Origin: Methylacidiphilum caldifontis
GTDB lineage: Bacteria; Verrucomicrobiota; Verrucomicrobiia; Methylacidiphilales; CAMAQI01
Direction: 5' to 3'
Assembly: GCA_945877805.1 (NCBI GenBank)
Contig: CAMCSM010000003.1
Location: 1,295 to 65,294, forward strand
DNA length: 64,000 nt
Position numbers and translations under genes: made by a program
The notes under the pieces: generated by a model
Told to the model about the DNA's origin: nothing
Seen by the model: only the letters and a program-made list of their open reading frames with translations
Databases searched by the model: none
Shown: one piece after another, positions 63,569-64,000 of the stretch
How positions within the stretch are numbered: position 1 is the stretch's first letter
How the letters are laid out: each line of letters starts with the position of its first letter

Positions 63569-63643
63569 GAATTTTGTATTTAACTTGGCGGTTAAACCTC
63601 TTTTGGTCTGTTAAGTTGACGCCTATGCGCATATGCGGGACGG
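63569..63643 (-). repeat. Repeat family C, copy C3
   Basis: ttaagttgacgcctatgcgcatatgcgggacgg is the near-exact reverse complement of 5514-5548. An aattttgtattt module lies at 63570-63581. Confidence 0.8.
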
Positions 63644-63691
63644 AGATGTGGCAAATTTTGGAATAAAGGGGGTCTATTACAAAATTTGGGT

Positions 63692-64000
63692 TTAACGTCG
63701 TAATTGGAGAAGCGCCTGAGGAATCGCCTGAACGATATCAGAAGCGACTAAAGACTCTTCAGCTCCTACAATCTGCAACGCCTCGTCTGCCGCTTTCCCA
63801 TGCAGCCAGACCCCTAATCGAGCGGCATTCCAGGAATCGAGCCCTTGGGCCATCAGCGCGACGATGATCCCGGTCAAAACATCCCCACTTCCTCCTTTTG
63901 AGAGTCCTGGATTTCCTGAGGAGTTATAATCGATTCTCCCCTCCGGACTGACCACCATCGTCCTCGTTCCCTTTAAAACCAAAATCACACTCTTCTCTCG
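63692..64000 (-). CDS. nnr: ADP-dependent NAD(P)H-hydrate dehydratase domain (Nnr/YjeF C-terminus), partial; runs off the window
   Basis: GNPGLSKGGSGDVLTGII...WLHGKAAD. The frame stays open to position 64000. Confidence 0.8.
   Translation of the reverse strand, partial: REKSVILVLKGTRTMVVSPEGRIDYNSSGNPGLSKGGSGDVLTGIIVALMAQGLDSWNAARLGVWLHGKAADEALQIVGAEESLVASDIVQAIPQALLQLRR

Noticed and set aside
5514-63643. The dispersed repeat families considered as a CRISPR array.
   Set aside because: The copies are kilobases apart and in different orientations. They are 60-190 nt long, lack regular spacing, and no cas genes are present.

Overview
About 64 kb of bacterial chromosome, gene-dense, with roughly 70 supported protein genes. 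I recognised no rRNA, tRNA, CRISPR array, transposase or integrase. All domain calls come from reading motifs by eye in the supplied translations; no HMM or BLAST search was run. Repeat coordinates are accurate to about +/-5 nt.

The gene content suggests a PVC-superphylum (Verrucomicrobiota-like) organism: several proteins with prepilin-type N-terminal methylation motifs, DUF4159, FG-GAP and TPR exoproteins, HDOD, and an RRM protein. This assignment is inference only.

Main blocks:
(i) 515-5460: an HDOD signalling operon containing an orphan, split T4SS-coupling-protein-like ATPase. A divergent AAA+ ATPase sits next to it.
(ii) 5736-10400: livFGMH and a prepilin peptidase.
(iii) 13164-18941: an ExbB-ExbD-ExbD operon with a TonB-like-anchored DUF4159 protein and an FG-GAP propeller, but no TonB-dependent receptor.
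(iv) 19103-31956: a 13-gene type IV pilus / T2SS-like cluster.
(v) 32359-43351: housekeeping genes (nadC, cysK, hisJ-type phosphatase and others).
(vi) 43422-47640: the most interesting locus. An ECF sigma/anti-sigma pair is followed by a secreted 3x CSGKDGC peptide, then DUF692 (MbnB/MNIO family), DUF2063 and DoxX. This is a bufferin/Hvf-like RiPP metallophore architecture with an atypical precursor. An identical motif sits upstream of both the sigma gene and the precursor gene.
(vii) 47628-64000: small toxin-antitoxin-like genes, pheS, glycosyltransferases, rplS, murI, an amidase, panC, dinG and a partial nnr.

Many of the longer intergenic gaps are occupied by at least four families of hairpin-forming, MITE-like repeats. 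Three of the families (A, B, C) share an AAATACAATTTT module and carry promoter-like hexamers. There is also an 80-codon ATG-less ORF lying in frame directly after the TAA stop of the FG-GAP gene.
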